Assembly: GCA_951406725.2 (NCBI GenBank)
Contig: OX597818.1
Span: 1,922,001-1,986,000 of the forward strand
Reading direction: 5' to 3'
DNA length: 64,000 nt
Source: Octopus vulgaris
Taxonomy: Eukaryota
Made by a program: the position numbers and the translations under genes. Below the pieces are notes generated by a model that searched no databases, was not told where the DNA came from, and saw only the letters and a program-made list of their open reading frames with translations. Below are positions 1-11,711 of the stretch, piece after piece (the first letter of the stretch is position 1; every line of letters starts with the position of its first letter).

Positions 1-3000
1 AGGAGAAGGGGGGAGAGGATAGGATGGGGAGAAGGAAGGGGATGAGGGGGATGAAGGAGGAAAGAGGGAGAGGGGGAGAGAGAAGGGGAGAGAGGGAGTG
101 AGGGAGCAGAGGGAAGGGGAAGAGGGAGGGAGAAAGAGGGAAGAAGGGAAGGGGAGTAGGGGTGAAAGGATGAAGGACTGAAGAAGTAGGGGTCGGGGGG
201 AGAAAGGATAGGTGAGGAGGGGGTGAGGTTAGATGAGGAGGGGGGAGAGTTGAGACCAAATGGCGTATAAGAGCGAAGAGAGAAGATTAATTCCTGTTCA
301 CGGCGCAAACGGGAATCCGGATGGCCTCTGTGTAAGGACAAACCGAACACAGATAGGTGTTGCAAGGAGTGACCGGTTGAGCGGAAATGGCGTGAGACCG
401 GTGTGTCGTTCGCAAGGTGGATGTCACGAAGGTGTTCCGCGAACCGGTCAGCCAAGCGGCGTCCCGTTTGTCCGATGTACAAGGAATTGCAGAGAGAGCA
501 AGAGATGCAATAGATAATATTGCTGGAGGTGCAGGTGAAGGAGTGGATGATGGGATAGGGTCGATGGTGGGTGCTAGTGAGGCGGGTGGTGTTGGAGATG
601 TAAGGGCAAGTGCGGCAACGTGGGCGGGAGCAGGGGAACGAGCCGGGTTGGGAGGTAGGGTCAGGGAAGGAGCTATGGACCAAAAGGTCCCGAAGGTTGT
701 GGGCTCGTTTGAAAGAGGGGAGGGGTCGGTTAGGGAAGAGGTGTGAAGTGGACGGGTCGGACTGGAGATGACGGAAAGCTCGAAGAATGGTGCGTTGGAG
801 ACGTAGGGTCGTGGGGTGGTAAGTGAGGGGAAAAGGGAGGCGGGAGACTACAGGGCGGGTTCGGGGAGAGAGAGCAGATACACGGTCCACGGACCGTGCT
901 CTGGCAAGGGCGGTGTGGATAGTGGTGAGGGGGTATCCACGTAGGGTGAAGTGGTGAGCCATACGTTGAGACTGAGTCTCAAAGTCATGGTCGTCACTAC
1001 AGAGCCTACGTAGACGGAGGAATTGGGAATAGGGGATGGAAAGCTTGGTGTGTTCTGGGTGGGAGGAAGAGAAGTTGAGGTATGAGTGTGAGTCTGTGTG
1101 TTTGTAGTGAATGGAGGTGGTAAGAGTGGAGTGAAGAATGCTAACCGAAATGTCGAGGAAGGAGACAGAGGTGTTGGAGATAGTGGAAGTGAAGTGGAGG
1201 GCTGGATGGAAAGATTGGACGAAAGAGAGGAAGGAATCTAGATGTTCGCGGGAGAGTGAGGTGGCACCGATAATGTCGTCAATATAACGACCATATAGTT
1301 CAGGAGTGGGACCAGTGAAATTAGAGAATATTTGGGCCTCAACATAGCCAACGAACAGGTTCGCATAGTTGGGGCCCATTCGCGTTCCCATGGCCACTCC
1401 CGAGACCTGATGGTAGAACTCGCCCGCGAACGAGAAGCAGTTCAGAGTAAGGACAAGTTCGGCCAGACGAATGAGTGTGGAGGTGTCAGGTACAGGGTTA
1501 GAGCGGAGGTCAAGAAAGTGTCGAAGGGCCTGCAGTCCTTCGTGGTGAGGGATAACAGTATAGAGGCTTTGGATGTCCATAGTAAAAAGGATTTTGGAGG
1601 AGCCGGGAGGAAAGGAGAAAGAGTTGAAAAGCCGGAGAGCATGGTTGGTATCGTGGATGTGGGAGGGAAGAGATGCCACTAGGGGGGCAAGGACACGGTC
1701 GAGGTATTTAGAGATGAGCTCCGTGGGGCAGTTACAGGCGGAGACGATGGGGCGGCCAGGGTTGTTGGGTTTGTGGATTTTGGGGAGGAAGTAAATGGTG
1801 GGGGTACGTGGGGTTCGCACAATTAGGTTGGATGCGGTGCGGGGGAGACGGGAGGACGAGATGAGGTCTTGGACAGTAGAGGATACCGTCTGTTGGTAGC
1901 TACGTGTGGGGTTAGAGGGCAGAGGGGAATAGAAGGAGGTGTCATTGAGTTGGCGGAAAGCCTCGGCCCTATAGAGGTCCGCGCGCCACACCACTACAGC
2001 TCCACCCTTGTCAGCCGGTTTGATGATAATGTCAGCGCGCCGTTGGAGGGAACGAAGAGCCAAGAGCTCAGCCGGGGAGATGTTGAGGCGGCGTTGGCGC
2101 CTGGAGAAGTTGAACCGCTCCAATGCACGCTGACAAGCGCCCGCGAAAAGATCCACTGCTAGGATCTGGCCAGGGGCAGGCGTCCACGGGGATGGTCGGC
2201 GGCCCAGGCCAGTGAAGCAGTCGTCCTCTTCGTTGGGTGTGGGTGGCGAGTCGTGGTAATGCGCACCCAACCGGACACGGCGCACAAAGCTGTGGACATC
2301 AACTCGCGTCTGGAATTCCTTACAGGATGGAGTGAGGGGGATGAAACGCAGACCCCTACCAAGGACGGAGCGTTCAGCCGCAGAGAGGGGAAGATCGGGG
2401 GGAATGGTAACAACAGACGGAAGTGGAGAAGGGGTGGATGGAATAGAAGTAGGAGGGGTGGTAGGTCTCGTGGAGGTCTGAGGGGGAGGGATTGGAGAGG
2501 TGTGTGGGGGGTGGTTGGGCGGGGCAGTAGGGTTAGGTGTAGGTGGATGGAGCCTAACGGGAGGGGAGAAGGGGTTGTAGGGAGGGACAGTGGGGTTAGG
2601 TGTGGGTGGATGGAGCCTATCGGGAGGGGAGAAGGGTGGTGGAGGAGTTGGGGTAGTGGCGTCGGGTAGGGTGGAATGGAAGAGTGATTGGAGTTTACGA
2701 AGTTTGGTATGAGAAAGAAATTGATGGAAGAGTTGATTCAAATGGATAATGAAGCGTAGCGTGTTTGGAGCATAAAGAGGCGGCAGAGAGGAGAAGAAGG
2801 TGGAGAAAGCAGGAGGAAGAAGGCGGTTGATGGCATGTAGTTTGGAGAGATTGGAGCGAATGGTGGCCCGCATAAGGCGGTAAGATGTGGTGCGGAGTAT
2901 GGGTAAGATGGAAGAATCCGAGTGGAGAGCAGGGTGGAAGTGGAGGCGGAAACCTTTAGGGATGAGTCGGTGATGTAGGCAGCGGCTTAGGAAAGAGACA

Positions 3001-3137
3001 TGGCTAGAGAAGCGGGTTTTTTTAAAAAGAAGTAGAGAGAGATTAACGGACGGCTGAAGGCAATATACAGGAAGCGAACGTAGATGATCCTTCAAACGGT
3101 GATGGAGGGTGAGGAGGTAGGACCTAGGATCCGGCAT
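1..3137 (-). CDS. Penelope-like element polyprotein (RT + C-terminal GIY-YIG endonuclease), apparently uninterrupted, 3' end outside window
   Basis: Manual translation from ATG at 3137: MPDPRSY...HVSFLSRCLHHRLIPKGF, LSAAERSVLGRGLRFIP (~2400-2340), IIIKPADKGGAVVVW, YFLPKIHK (~1790), RYIDD (1289-1275), NIIYCISCSLCNSLYIGQTGR (521-459), PFGLN (~262). The ATG, VVTIPP, LPKIHK, YIDD and GIY-YIG positions all fall in one frame. No stop seen from PFGLN to position 1, which explains its absence from the ORF track. Confidence 0.9.
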   Translation of the reverse strand, partial: MPDPRSYLLTLHHRLKDHLRSLPVYCLQPSVNLSLLLFKKTRFSSHVSFLSRCLHHRLIPKGFRLHFHPALHSDSSILPILRTTSYRLMRATIRSNLSKLHAINRLLPPAFSTFFSSLPPLYAPNTLRFIIHLNQLFHQFLSHTKLRKLQSLFHSTLPDATTPTPPPPFSPPDRLHPPTPNPTVPPYNPFSPPVRLHPPTPNPTAPPNHPPHTSPIPPPQTSTRPTTPPTSIPSTPSPLPSVVTIPPDLPLSAAERSVLGRGLRFIPLTPSCKEFQTRVDVHSFVRRVRLGAHYHDSPPTPNEEDDCFTGLGRRPSPWTPAPGQILAVDLFAGACQRALERFNFSRRQRRLNISPAELLALRSLQRRADIIIKPADKGGAVVVWRADLYRAEAFRQLNDTSFYSPLPSNPTRSYQQTVSSTVQDLISSSRLPRTASNLIVRTPRTPTIYFLPKIHKPNNPGRPIVSACNCPTELISKYLDRVLAPLVASLPSHIHDTNHALRLFNSFSFPPGSSKILFTMDIQSLYTVIPHHEGLQALRHFLDLRSNPVPDTSTLIRLAELVLTLNCFSFAGEFYHQVSGVAMGTRMGPNYANLFVGYVEAQIFSNFTGPTPELYGRYIDDIIGATSLSREHLDSFLSFVQSFHPALHFTSTISNTSVSFLDISVSILHSTLTTSIHYKHTDSHSYLNFSSSHPEHTKLSIPYSQFLRLRRLCSDDHDFETQSQRMAHHFTLRGYPLTTIHTALARARSVDRVSALSPRTRPVVSRLPFPLTYHPTTLRLQRTILRAFRHLQSDPSTSHLFPNRPLPSFKRAHNLRDLLVHSSFPDPTSQPGSFPCSRPRCRTCPYISNTTRLTSTHHRPYPIIHSFTCTSSNIIYCISCSLCNSLYIGQTGRRLADRFAEHLRDIHLANDTPVSRHFRSTGHSLQHLSVFGLSLHRGHPDSRLRREQELIFSLRSYTPFGLNSPPSSSNLTPSSPILSPPDPYFFSPSSFHPYSPSLLPSFSLPLPLPSAPSLPLSPSLSPSPSFLLHPPHPLPSPHPILSPLL

Positions 3138-3857
3138 GATGGGATAGCGGAAAAAAAACGTTCGAAAAAACAAAAAAAACAAAAAACAAAAATTATCGTA
3201 TGAAAAAATAGAAAAAAAGGATAGCGAAAAAAGGGGAAAAAACAAACGTTCAAAAAAACAAAAAAATAATAATCGTATGAAAAAACTAGATAAGTAAGCG
3301 ATAGGGGCAGAAAAGACGGGGCAAACGGAAAAGGGAAAGAAAGAAGGGAAGCAGAGAGAGGGGGAGGCAAAAAAAAGGGGGGGTGCAGGCAGAGGAAACG
3401 GAGTATGGACATCCAGAGAGGGAAGAAAGACGGAAAGGAGAACAAAAATTCAGGAAAATGTGGGAAGCATGAAATGAATGTAAAAAAAGTGGTAATATAT
3501 GAGAAAATAAAAATACAACAAACGGGACAGTTTATGCGAACAAGTTCAAGGTTGAAAGTTCAAGGTGAGAAATGTGTAGACGTCGTGGTATATTTTTTAA
3601 GGATTTCACATCAATGCAAAGTCACTTTGATCCGCGAAAGAGAGGTGCAGCCAATGGTAAGTATCCAAGAGGTAAAGAAAATCCAAGGTAGAGGTAAGTG
3701 TTGATAGTGGTATTGGTAGAATATAGGATGAAAGTGAGACCACGTGAGCGCATAATATATAACGGGAAGCTTTATGAAAATAAACAAAAGACGAAGGCAG
3801 GTGGAAAACAAACGAACAATTGTATTAGTATGGCGCTCAGGAAATATAAATAAAACA

Positions 3858-3895
3858 AGTCTTTAACGTTTCGAGCCTACGCTCTTCAACAGAAA
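3858..3895 (-). ncRNA. Minimal hammerhead-like motif in PLE pLTR
   Basis: Minus strand TTGAAGA-GCGTAGGCTC-GAAAC-GTT with palindromic AACGTT stem III; core has U instead of C3 and stem I is weak. Confidence 0.45.
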
Positions 3896-4820
3896 GATAC
3901 ACAGAGAGAGAAAAACACAGAAAGAAGGAGAGAAAAAAATGCGTGCAGTAGCTAACGAATCAACATGGCGATCTGATTTCGGCCAGAGGTCAAAGATCAA
4001 ACATGAGACGCGAGAGCGAAATAAGGGGAGATAATAGGGTTGATAAAAGGGTTGAGGGACCAGCTAAAAGTGCGTGGGAGGGGTCTGGATGTGTGTATGT
4101 ATAGGGTTGGTGTATGTATTAGTATGTATAAGGGTGTGTGTGTGTATGTGTGTGTGTGTGTATGAGAGAGTATTAGTGCGTAAGATTGGTCTGGACGTGC
4201 GTATGTATGGGGTTGGTGTATGTATTAGTATGTATTAGTATGTATTAGTACGTATTGGTATGTATAGGTGTGTGTGTGTGTGTGTGAGAGAGAGTATAAG
4301 TCCGTATGCGGGGTCTGGACGTGTGTATGTATAGGGTTGGTGTAAGTATTAGTATGTACTAGTATGTATTAGTACGTATTAGTAGGTATTAGTTGGTGTG
4401 TGTATTAGTATGGCACATCATATGTGATGTGATGTGTAAAGTCATGTGGTGTAGTGAGGAGAAGAGGGGGAGGGGGAGAAGAGGGGAGGGAGAGAAGAGG
4501 GGGAGAGAAGGGGAGGAGAAGAAGAGGGGGAGGAGAAGGGGGAGAGGAGAGGATGGGGAGAAGGAAGGGGATGAGGGGGATGAAGGAGGAAAGAGGGAGA
4601 GGGGGAGAGAGAAGGGGAGAGAGGGAGTGAGGGAGCAGAGGGAAGGGGAAGAGGGAGGGAGAAAGAGGGAAGAAGGGAAGGGGAGTAGGGGTGAAAGGAT
4701 GAAGGACTGAAGAAGTAGGGGTCGGGGGGAGAAAGGATAGGTGAGGAGGGGGGTGAGGTTAGATGAGGAGGGGGGGAGAGTTGAGACCAAATGGCGTATA
4801 AGAGCGAAGAGAGAAGATTA

Positions 4821-4852
<32 letters not shown>

Positions 4853-4997
4853 ACGACGGGCTTTTTTCAGTTTCCGTCTACCAAATCCACTCACAAGGCT
4901 TTAGTCGGCCCGAGGCTATAGTAGAAGTCACTTGCCCAAGGTGCCACGCAGTGGGACTGAACCCGGAACAAGCTACTTACCACACACCCACTCCTGC
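4853..4997 (-). mobile_element. tRNA-derived CORE-type SINE fragment (OR-like)
   Basis: Minus strand B-box-like GGTTCAGTCCC followed by gcaccttgggcaagtg...gccttgtgagtggatttgg; related copies at 60005-60330 and 63640-63960. Confidence 0.75.
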
Positions 4998-5016
4998 ACC
5001 TATATACATATATGCA

Positions 5017-5633
5017 TACATACATATGAGAGGGATTACCACTATGTGAACACCCTAATGCTAGAAGCAGATCCGCCAAGGTCTTACCACTAAGAAATGT
5101 TCTCTAGAAAATTTAGCAAACACCAGAAACGTAAGCGAGCAAGACAAATGAAAAGTTACAAAAATATAGATGAATCATAAACAATGTTTCACTATCAACA
5201 GATTACGTAATTTTACTTATGCAATTTGTCCATAGATCCTTAGTATGATCACCCATACAAATATAATTTGCAGAACTACACACCAGACGTCCGCACGAGG
5301 TCAAACATGTATGCAGTTCTACCTATTACACTTGTGGTTATTTTTCAAAAGTCCTCATTCTGGCGCGCTAAATTAACGGAAAATAATACTGCATAAAATA
5401 ATTCACTGCAGTAACCTTTGCCGGTTTGAGTAAGTAAAACTGCCTAATCTGTTGATAGTGAAACATTGTTTATGATTAATCTATATTTTTGTTACTTTTC
5501 ATTTGTCTTGCTCGCTTATGTTTCTGGTGTTTGCTAAATTTTCTAGAGAACATTTCTGAGTAGTATGACCATTGCGGATCTACTTCTAGCATTAGGGTGT
5601 CCACATAGTGGTAATCCCTCTCATATGTATGTA
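5017..5633. repeat. Non-coding element with ~155-bp inverted arms
   Basis: 5017-5171 is the reverse complement of 5479-5633. Confidence 0.85.
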
Positions 5634-5980
5634 ATACAATTTACTGATCCTCAGTTTTTTTAATATGCTAGACTACTGGTGTTAAATTAATGTTATCAAG
5701 TTGATATCCAATTTTTCACGCTCATTTTAATTTTAATTATATATGTATAATGTATTATTACACACACACACACATGTGTATATATAATACACATACACAC
5801 ACAAATCCAATTTACCTTTACAAATTTACAAATTCAGGAAAAATAGGGAATAGCAGACACGTCCACGTGGGCTCCGTTGGTTGCACACATCACATCTAGA
5901 TGATACAATATAATAACATTATAACGATAATTTATGAGCACACAGCCCTTCTCTCTCCCCATATACACATTATATATTTG

Positions 5981-6014
<34 letters not shown>

Positions 6015-6079
6015 TGTATGTATGTATGTATGTATGTATTATGTATATATCTATTAATCTTCATATATATATGTATATA

Positions 6080-6229
6080 TAGACGTCACTAAAGTGACTA
6101 AGGGCACTAATCAGCACCAGTATTGCTAGAAATAAGAGTCAAAACAACTCGATAGTCACTGAAGATTTGACTCTTATTTCTAGCAATACTGGTGCTGATT
6201 AGTGTCCTTTGTCACTTTAGTGACGTCTA
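6080..6229. repeat. ~150-bp hairpin (64-bp arms, 22-nt loop)
   Basis: tagacgtcactaaagtgac...aagagtcaaa / tttgactctt...gtcactttagtgacgtcta. Confidence 0.9.
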
Positions 6230-6267
6230 CACACACACGCGCGCGCGCACGCACACATACATTCATG

Positions 6268-6318
<51 letters not shown>

Positions 6319-6323
<5 letters not shown>

Positions 6324-7334
6324 AAATTAAATAAGGGTAGAAATTGATATTAATCAATTAAAACCAGTGGTCTAGCATATTTTTTTAAAATCCGAAGATT
6401 AAAAATTTTTACATACAAAATTTTGAGGACGGACCACTAAAAGTAGACAGCCCTTATGCTAGATATAGGCGTCAAAATCGCCATTTTCAAGGAAGAATGT
6501 GTATTCAAGAAAAAAACTCAGCAAAAAAACAAAGTGTAAAAATAAGCAAGACAAATGAAAATATACGAAATAAAAAACCATTACCTATGTACTAATTAAT
6601 TTCACTTGTTAATATTTACGTATATGGATACGCAAACATCTGCAAGATCATCAGCATAGTCTGTCGTTTACAAAACACAATTTCCAAAACTAGGTACAGA
6701 TTTTTTCTTGAGAAAACATTCTTCGTGGAAAATGGTGATTTTGACGCCTATATCTAGCATAAGGGCTGTCTACGTTTAGTGGTCAGTCCTCTAAATATTG
6801 TATGTAAAAAATTTTTAATCTTCGGATTTTTTTTAAATATGCTAGACCACTGGTTTTAATTGATTAATATCAATTTCTACCCTTATTTAATTTTAAATAA
6901 AAAATGTTCTATAACCATTAATTTGACTGCTGTAGTTTATTAACTGCAGAGCAATTTCCGATCTCAGCGCGCCAAAGTGAAGGCATTTGAAAGATACACA
7001 TGAATATAATTTGTAGAACTTTATACATGCTGGAGTTCGGTTGAGCATTTTGTATCTAGTTCTGGAAATTGTGTTTTATAAACCACAGATTATGCTGATG
7101 ATCTTGCAGATGTTTGCGTATCCATATACGTAAATATTAACAAGTGAAACTAATTAGTACATAGGTAATCGTTTTTCTATTTCGTATATTTTCATTTGTC
7201 TTGCTTATTTTTACACTTTGGTTTTTTGAGTTTTTTCTTGAGAACACATTCTTCCTTGAAAATGGCGATTTTGATGTCTATATCTAGCATAAGGGCTGTC
7301 TACTTTTAGTGGTTAGTCCTCTAAATTTTGTATA
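6319..7334. repeat. Non-coding element with inverted plus partial-tandem architecture (pLTR-like)
   Basis: 6319-6515 inverted at 6701-6898; ~6410-6700 inverted at ~7050-7334; flanked by (TA)n. Confidence 0.8.
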
Positions 7335-7337
7335 TAG

Positions 7338-7458
<121 letters not shown>

Positions 7459-7779
7459 GCTGTGAAGGCCAGAGTATTTTATATTAACAAGTATATCACA
7501 GATTTACAAATTAATATTGTGTCTTGCCGTGTGTTAGCAGTGTGATATTTTCACTTTTAAGTCTGTCTCCATAGATTTTCTATAGAAAAGTTACGATGTT
7601 TCAGAGACACATACGTCTGGATATATATATGTGTGCGCGTGTGTGTATATGTGCGTGTTTGTGTGTGTGTGCGGGTGTGTGTGTTCAATCCAGAGGAACA
7701 GTTAGTTACAGGGTAATCAAAAGTCACATAAGCACCTAAGAAATTAGTAATCACACTTGCATGGGTGATAATTCCAAAG

Positions 7780-8930
7780 AAAAGTGAGACGTGTTTTGGT
7801 GAACATAAGAATAATGGAAAAGGAAGACAAACGCACAAGATGTTACTTAAATAATTTATATCACCATATCACCGACATATTTTTCGATTGATGCATTAAA
7901 ATATATCCGGGAGGAAGAATAATGTGGAAAATGCATCAATCTCATCAGGGAGGAGATTATAAACAACAGTGCTCATCAATAATTCATTTTTACAGATGTA
8001 AGGAACTATAATACATAAGCTATAGGCAAAACAAAGGTGGATAGGGAACGCTAGTAATTTTGAAATACTATTAAGAAATTAGATGTCATAGGACGAGAGA
8101 AAGGGAGAAGGAAGCGAGAAAGAGAATTAAAGGAGTAATGGAGGTACAAACAAATAGAAAGTGAATGACAAATGGTTAGAAAAGATGAAGGAAAGAATAG
8201 GATGTATAGGATGAAAAGAATAAAGTTTAAGTTGCAGATAATATTAGGTAAGGGAGAAGCTATTATGTGAAATAGCTGAAAGTGTGATTTTTTCCAATGC
8301 GAACACTTGTAAACACGTTCTTTATAGGTGTTGACCAGCGTGTGTTTAGAGAAAAGGATATATAGTTGTTCGTTCGTATAAAGAGCGTAGAAAGATTTCC
8401 CTTTATCATAGGGAAAAGGTCTTGACAAAATTTTCCAGTCCAAAGAAAATTGTTTTTACAGTCTTTCAGATGCCAAATTAGTTTACTAAGACCTGTAGCA
8501 TTACGTTTGTGAATATATTTAAATGTAGAAAGATGGTTGGCCACACGTTTTTTTTTTAATTCCGTGGATGAAATGCCAATATAAAAATGTTCTTTATACA
8601 TCCATTACTCTTCAAATTCTCTTTCTCTCTTCCTTCCCTTCTTCTCTCGTCCTTTAACGTCAAATTTCTTAACGGTATTTTAAAATTACTAGCGTTCCCT
8701 ATCCACCTCTGTTTTCCATATATATTATATATTATAGTTCCTAACATCTGTAAAAATGGTTTATTGATGAGCACTGTTTATAATCTTCTCCTTGATGAGA
8801 TTGATGCATTTTTCCGCATTATTCTTCCTCTCGGGTTCATTTTAATGCATCAATCGAAATAACTGTCGGTAATATAGTGATATAAATGATTTAAATAACA
8901 TCTGTGCGTTTGTCTCCATTTTCCATTATT
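7780..8930 (-). mobile_element. 5'-truncated PLE fragment (GIY-YIG C-terminus) with inverted pLTR and HHR motifs
   Basis: FYIGISSTELKKKRVANHLSTF...LSKLIWHLK / WKILSRPFPYDKGK...VYKCSH (8600-8290); ~7850-8170 inverted at ~8600-8900. Confidence 0.8.
7872..7950 (-). ncRNA. Hammerhead ribozyme-like motif with enlarged stem II
   Basis: CTGATGA-GATTGATGCATT...AATGCATCAATC-GAAA-aatat-GTC; perfect 12-bp stem II; inverted copy at 8790-8870. Confidence 0.6.
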
Positions 8931-9289
8931 CTTATATATCTATGTGTGTGTATGTATGTATGTATGTATGTATGTATGTATGTATGTATGTATGTATGTA
9001 TGTATGTATGTGTGTATGTGTGTATGTATGAATGTATGTATGTGTGTGTGTGTATGTATAAAACGGAGAGAAAAAGGAAAATGAAGAAATGAAGAGGCGG
9101 AGTAAAGGGGATATAACTGATCCGGCTGAACTGGGGTACGCAAATGCATGGATGCGTATGTCTATTAAGAGAACCAGTACGTGCGTTGTGTGGAGTGATG
9201 CGTGTTCCATGTGCTTGTGTGTGTGAGGGTGCAATGCATGTAGTTTTCTCTCTTTCTCCATCTCTCTTTATATATATATACATATTCTT

Positions 9290-9455
9290 TTATTTGTTTC
9301 AGTCGAAGAAATCGGCCCCATGATTTATTCGTTGTAAGCCTGGTACTCATTCTATCCGTTCCTTTTGCCGAACCCCTAAGTTATGGGGATATAAACACAC
9401 CAGCATCGTCTATCAAGCGATGGTGGGGAGACAAACAGAGAGACAAAGACACACA
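9290..9455 (-). mobile_element. SINE 3' fragment (OR-like)
   Basis: cctggtact...ttttgccgaaccc.taagtta.ggggat.taaacacacca, matching the 3' part of the SINE at 60005-60330. Confidence 0.55.
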
Positions 9456-9799
9456 CATAAATATATATATATATATACATATATACTTTGATACTTTGAT
9501 AGGTTTCGGCCATTATTGGCCCAGGCCATGTCTAACTTAATAGCACCACCTGGTGCTATATATATATATATATATATTATTGTTCAAAGAATGGTTGGTG
9601 TTAATAGTATCAATGTTATTATTTTCATTAAGTGGATTTGTATTTAACGATGATTTGTGAAAGGTTTTTGGTGTTTAAAATCCCTATTCTGTTTCGGTGT
9701 GAATTGATAATAGAATGGTATCTTCAATTTTGTGGGGGTGGGGAATTCTTATCTATAGCTTCACGAAACTGGTAAGGGACGTTGGATTTGATCTGCTTA

Positions 9800-10620
9800 T
9801 CATATGGAATTAACAACCAAACAGTTTTACTTGGTCATCGCTTCATCATATTCGGTTAAAATGGCTTATTGATGTTGTTTCTCTTTTTTCTTGATGAGGA
9901 GATCGCATTGTTTTACGCCATTTTATTCCCTCTGGAATAATACTAACATTTAGACATATCAATAAACATACAATACTGGGCTTAGTAAATTAATTTGGTC
10001 TCTGAAGGAACATAATAAACAATTTGATTTGGAATGGAATATTCTATCTAGGTCCTTTCCATGCGATAAAGGCAAATCTTCTTGTCCGCTCTATCTAGAC
10101 AAACTCTATCTCATCCTGTTCTCAGAGAATTCTCTTGCAAACACCTTTAAAGAACGCATTTATTGTTGCAAACATTGGCAAAAACATACCTTTAGTTCCT
10201 ATAAGTAATTTCTACCAATCTATAAAATTCGACCTTTAACTGTCTTCTTACATTTCATCTCCACTAAATATATCGATTTCCACGCATTTAAGCTTTATTT
10301 CCATTCATCTATCGCACTACATTTCTCCATTCTTAGTTTTCTCCTATTTTCTTTCTTTCTCCTCCTTCTCTTTCTCTAAATTGCATTTGACGTTAAATCT
10401 ATAATGTGCTTTTTTTTTAAATTGCCAGTGTTCCATTCCTCATATACGCATCATCACATTCGGTTAAAATGTCTTATTGATGTTGTTTCTCTGTTTTCTC
10501 CTGATGAGAAGATCGCATTGCTTTACATTATTTTATTCCCTCTGGAATAATACCAAAGCTTTCTTCGAAACATATGTCGGAAGTATAAAGATTTGAATAA
10601 CACCTGCGTTTAACTCCATT
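9800..10620 (+). mobile_element. PLE 3' fragment, same family as 7780-8930, direct pLTR repeat
   Basis: WSLKEHNKQFDLEWNILSRSFPCDKGK...IYCCKHW (~9996-10185); ~9845-9950 repeated at ~10450-10555; HHR-like CTGATGA-GAAG...CTTC-GAAAC-ATAT-GTC at 10501-10578. Confidence 0.75.
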
Positions 10621-10773
10621 TCTTTATTTATTTGTTATACAAAAACATTTCACTAAACCCTGGAATTGGTACCTTTTAAGTAGGCTATAACATCATTGGT
10701 ACATATGTGAATTTTTGCTACCCTGGTAACTATTTTTCCGTGTTATTTGTACACATTGAAAAAATACAAATGC

Positions 10774-10828
<55 letters not shown>

Positions 10829-10858
10829 CATACATACATACATACATACATACATACA

Positions 10859-10892
<34 letters not shown>

Positions 10893-10894
10893 CA

Positions 10895-11690
10895 TAAACA
10901 AAATAAAATCAATTAATGGCCTTACCAATGCCCCACATGTAATAAAAAGCGTATAGGTAAAAATTAACATAGATATATAATTATATAGATACAATTATAA
11001 TTAATAGTACTGCGAAACAGCACTTACATGTTAGATATAGACGTCAAATTATTCTAAAAACCACTTCATTAGGACAAAGCTAAAAGCGAGGAAATGAATA
11101 AAAGAGATTTAGTAAAAATATTTTTTGATGTTAGTTTATATCATCCGATTTCTGGTTTAGTAATACAATTGCTTCACCGTCATCAGTAGAATATACTAAA
11201 AGTACATAAATGTAAGTATATTTACATACCCAAACAAATACACGTGTATATATACTAATAGATACATATATTCACACGTATATACGATGCAAATCCGATT
11301 ATTCATCTCAACCACATGCGTATTTGATCAAGATAATACCGCAGTAGATATCAGGATCGGAGTGAATAAATAAATATATGCATACATAATTAAGTCTAAA
11401 ATCAATTAATGATTTTATCAGTGGACAGCATGTAATAAAAACCATACAGGTAAAAATTAATATAGATATATAATAAGATATATAATATAGATATATAATA
11501 TAGATATATAATAAGAAACAGTACCTACATGCGTAGGTACTGTTTGGCGTCAAATGATACTAAATACCGCTTCAAATTATTTTAAGTGAGATTTTAGAAT
11601 CATTTGACGTCTATCTCTAGCATGTAGGTGCTGTTTTTCAGTACCCTTATTTATAGTTATATCTATATAATTATATATAATTATATAATT
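10895..11690. repeat. Non-coding tandem plus inverted repeat element
   Basis: ~10900-11075 repeated at ~11395-11575; inverted copy at ~11590-11680. Confidence 0.65.
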
Positions 11691-11711
11691 ATCTATATAA
11701 TTACACACACA

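Larger units (their letters stand above)
1..4822 (-). mobile_element. Penelope-like retroelement (Neptune-like) with partial-tandem pseudo-LTR
   Basis: 1-291 is repeated almost identically at 4531-4822, i.e. the ORF 3' end duplicated upstream (typical pLTR); 5' boundary abuts (TA)n. Confidence 0.9.

Noticed and set aside
6125-6165. GCTAGAAATA (sgRNA-scaffold-like) and CTGAAGA (hammerhead box) in the hairpin
   Set aside because: Short chance matches; no GAAA core or stems follow CTGAAGA.
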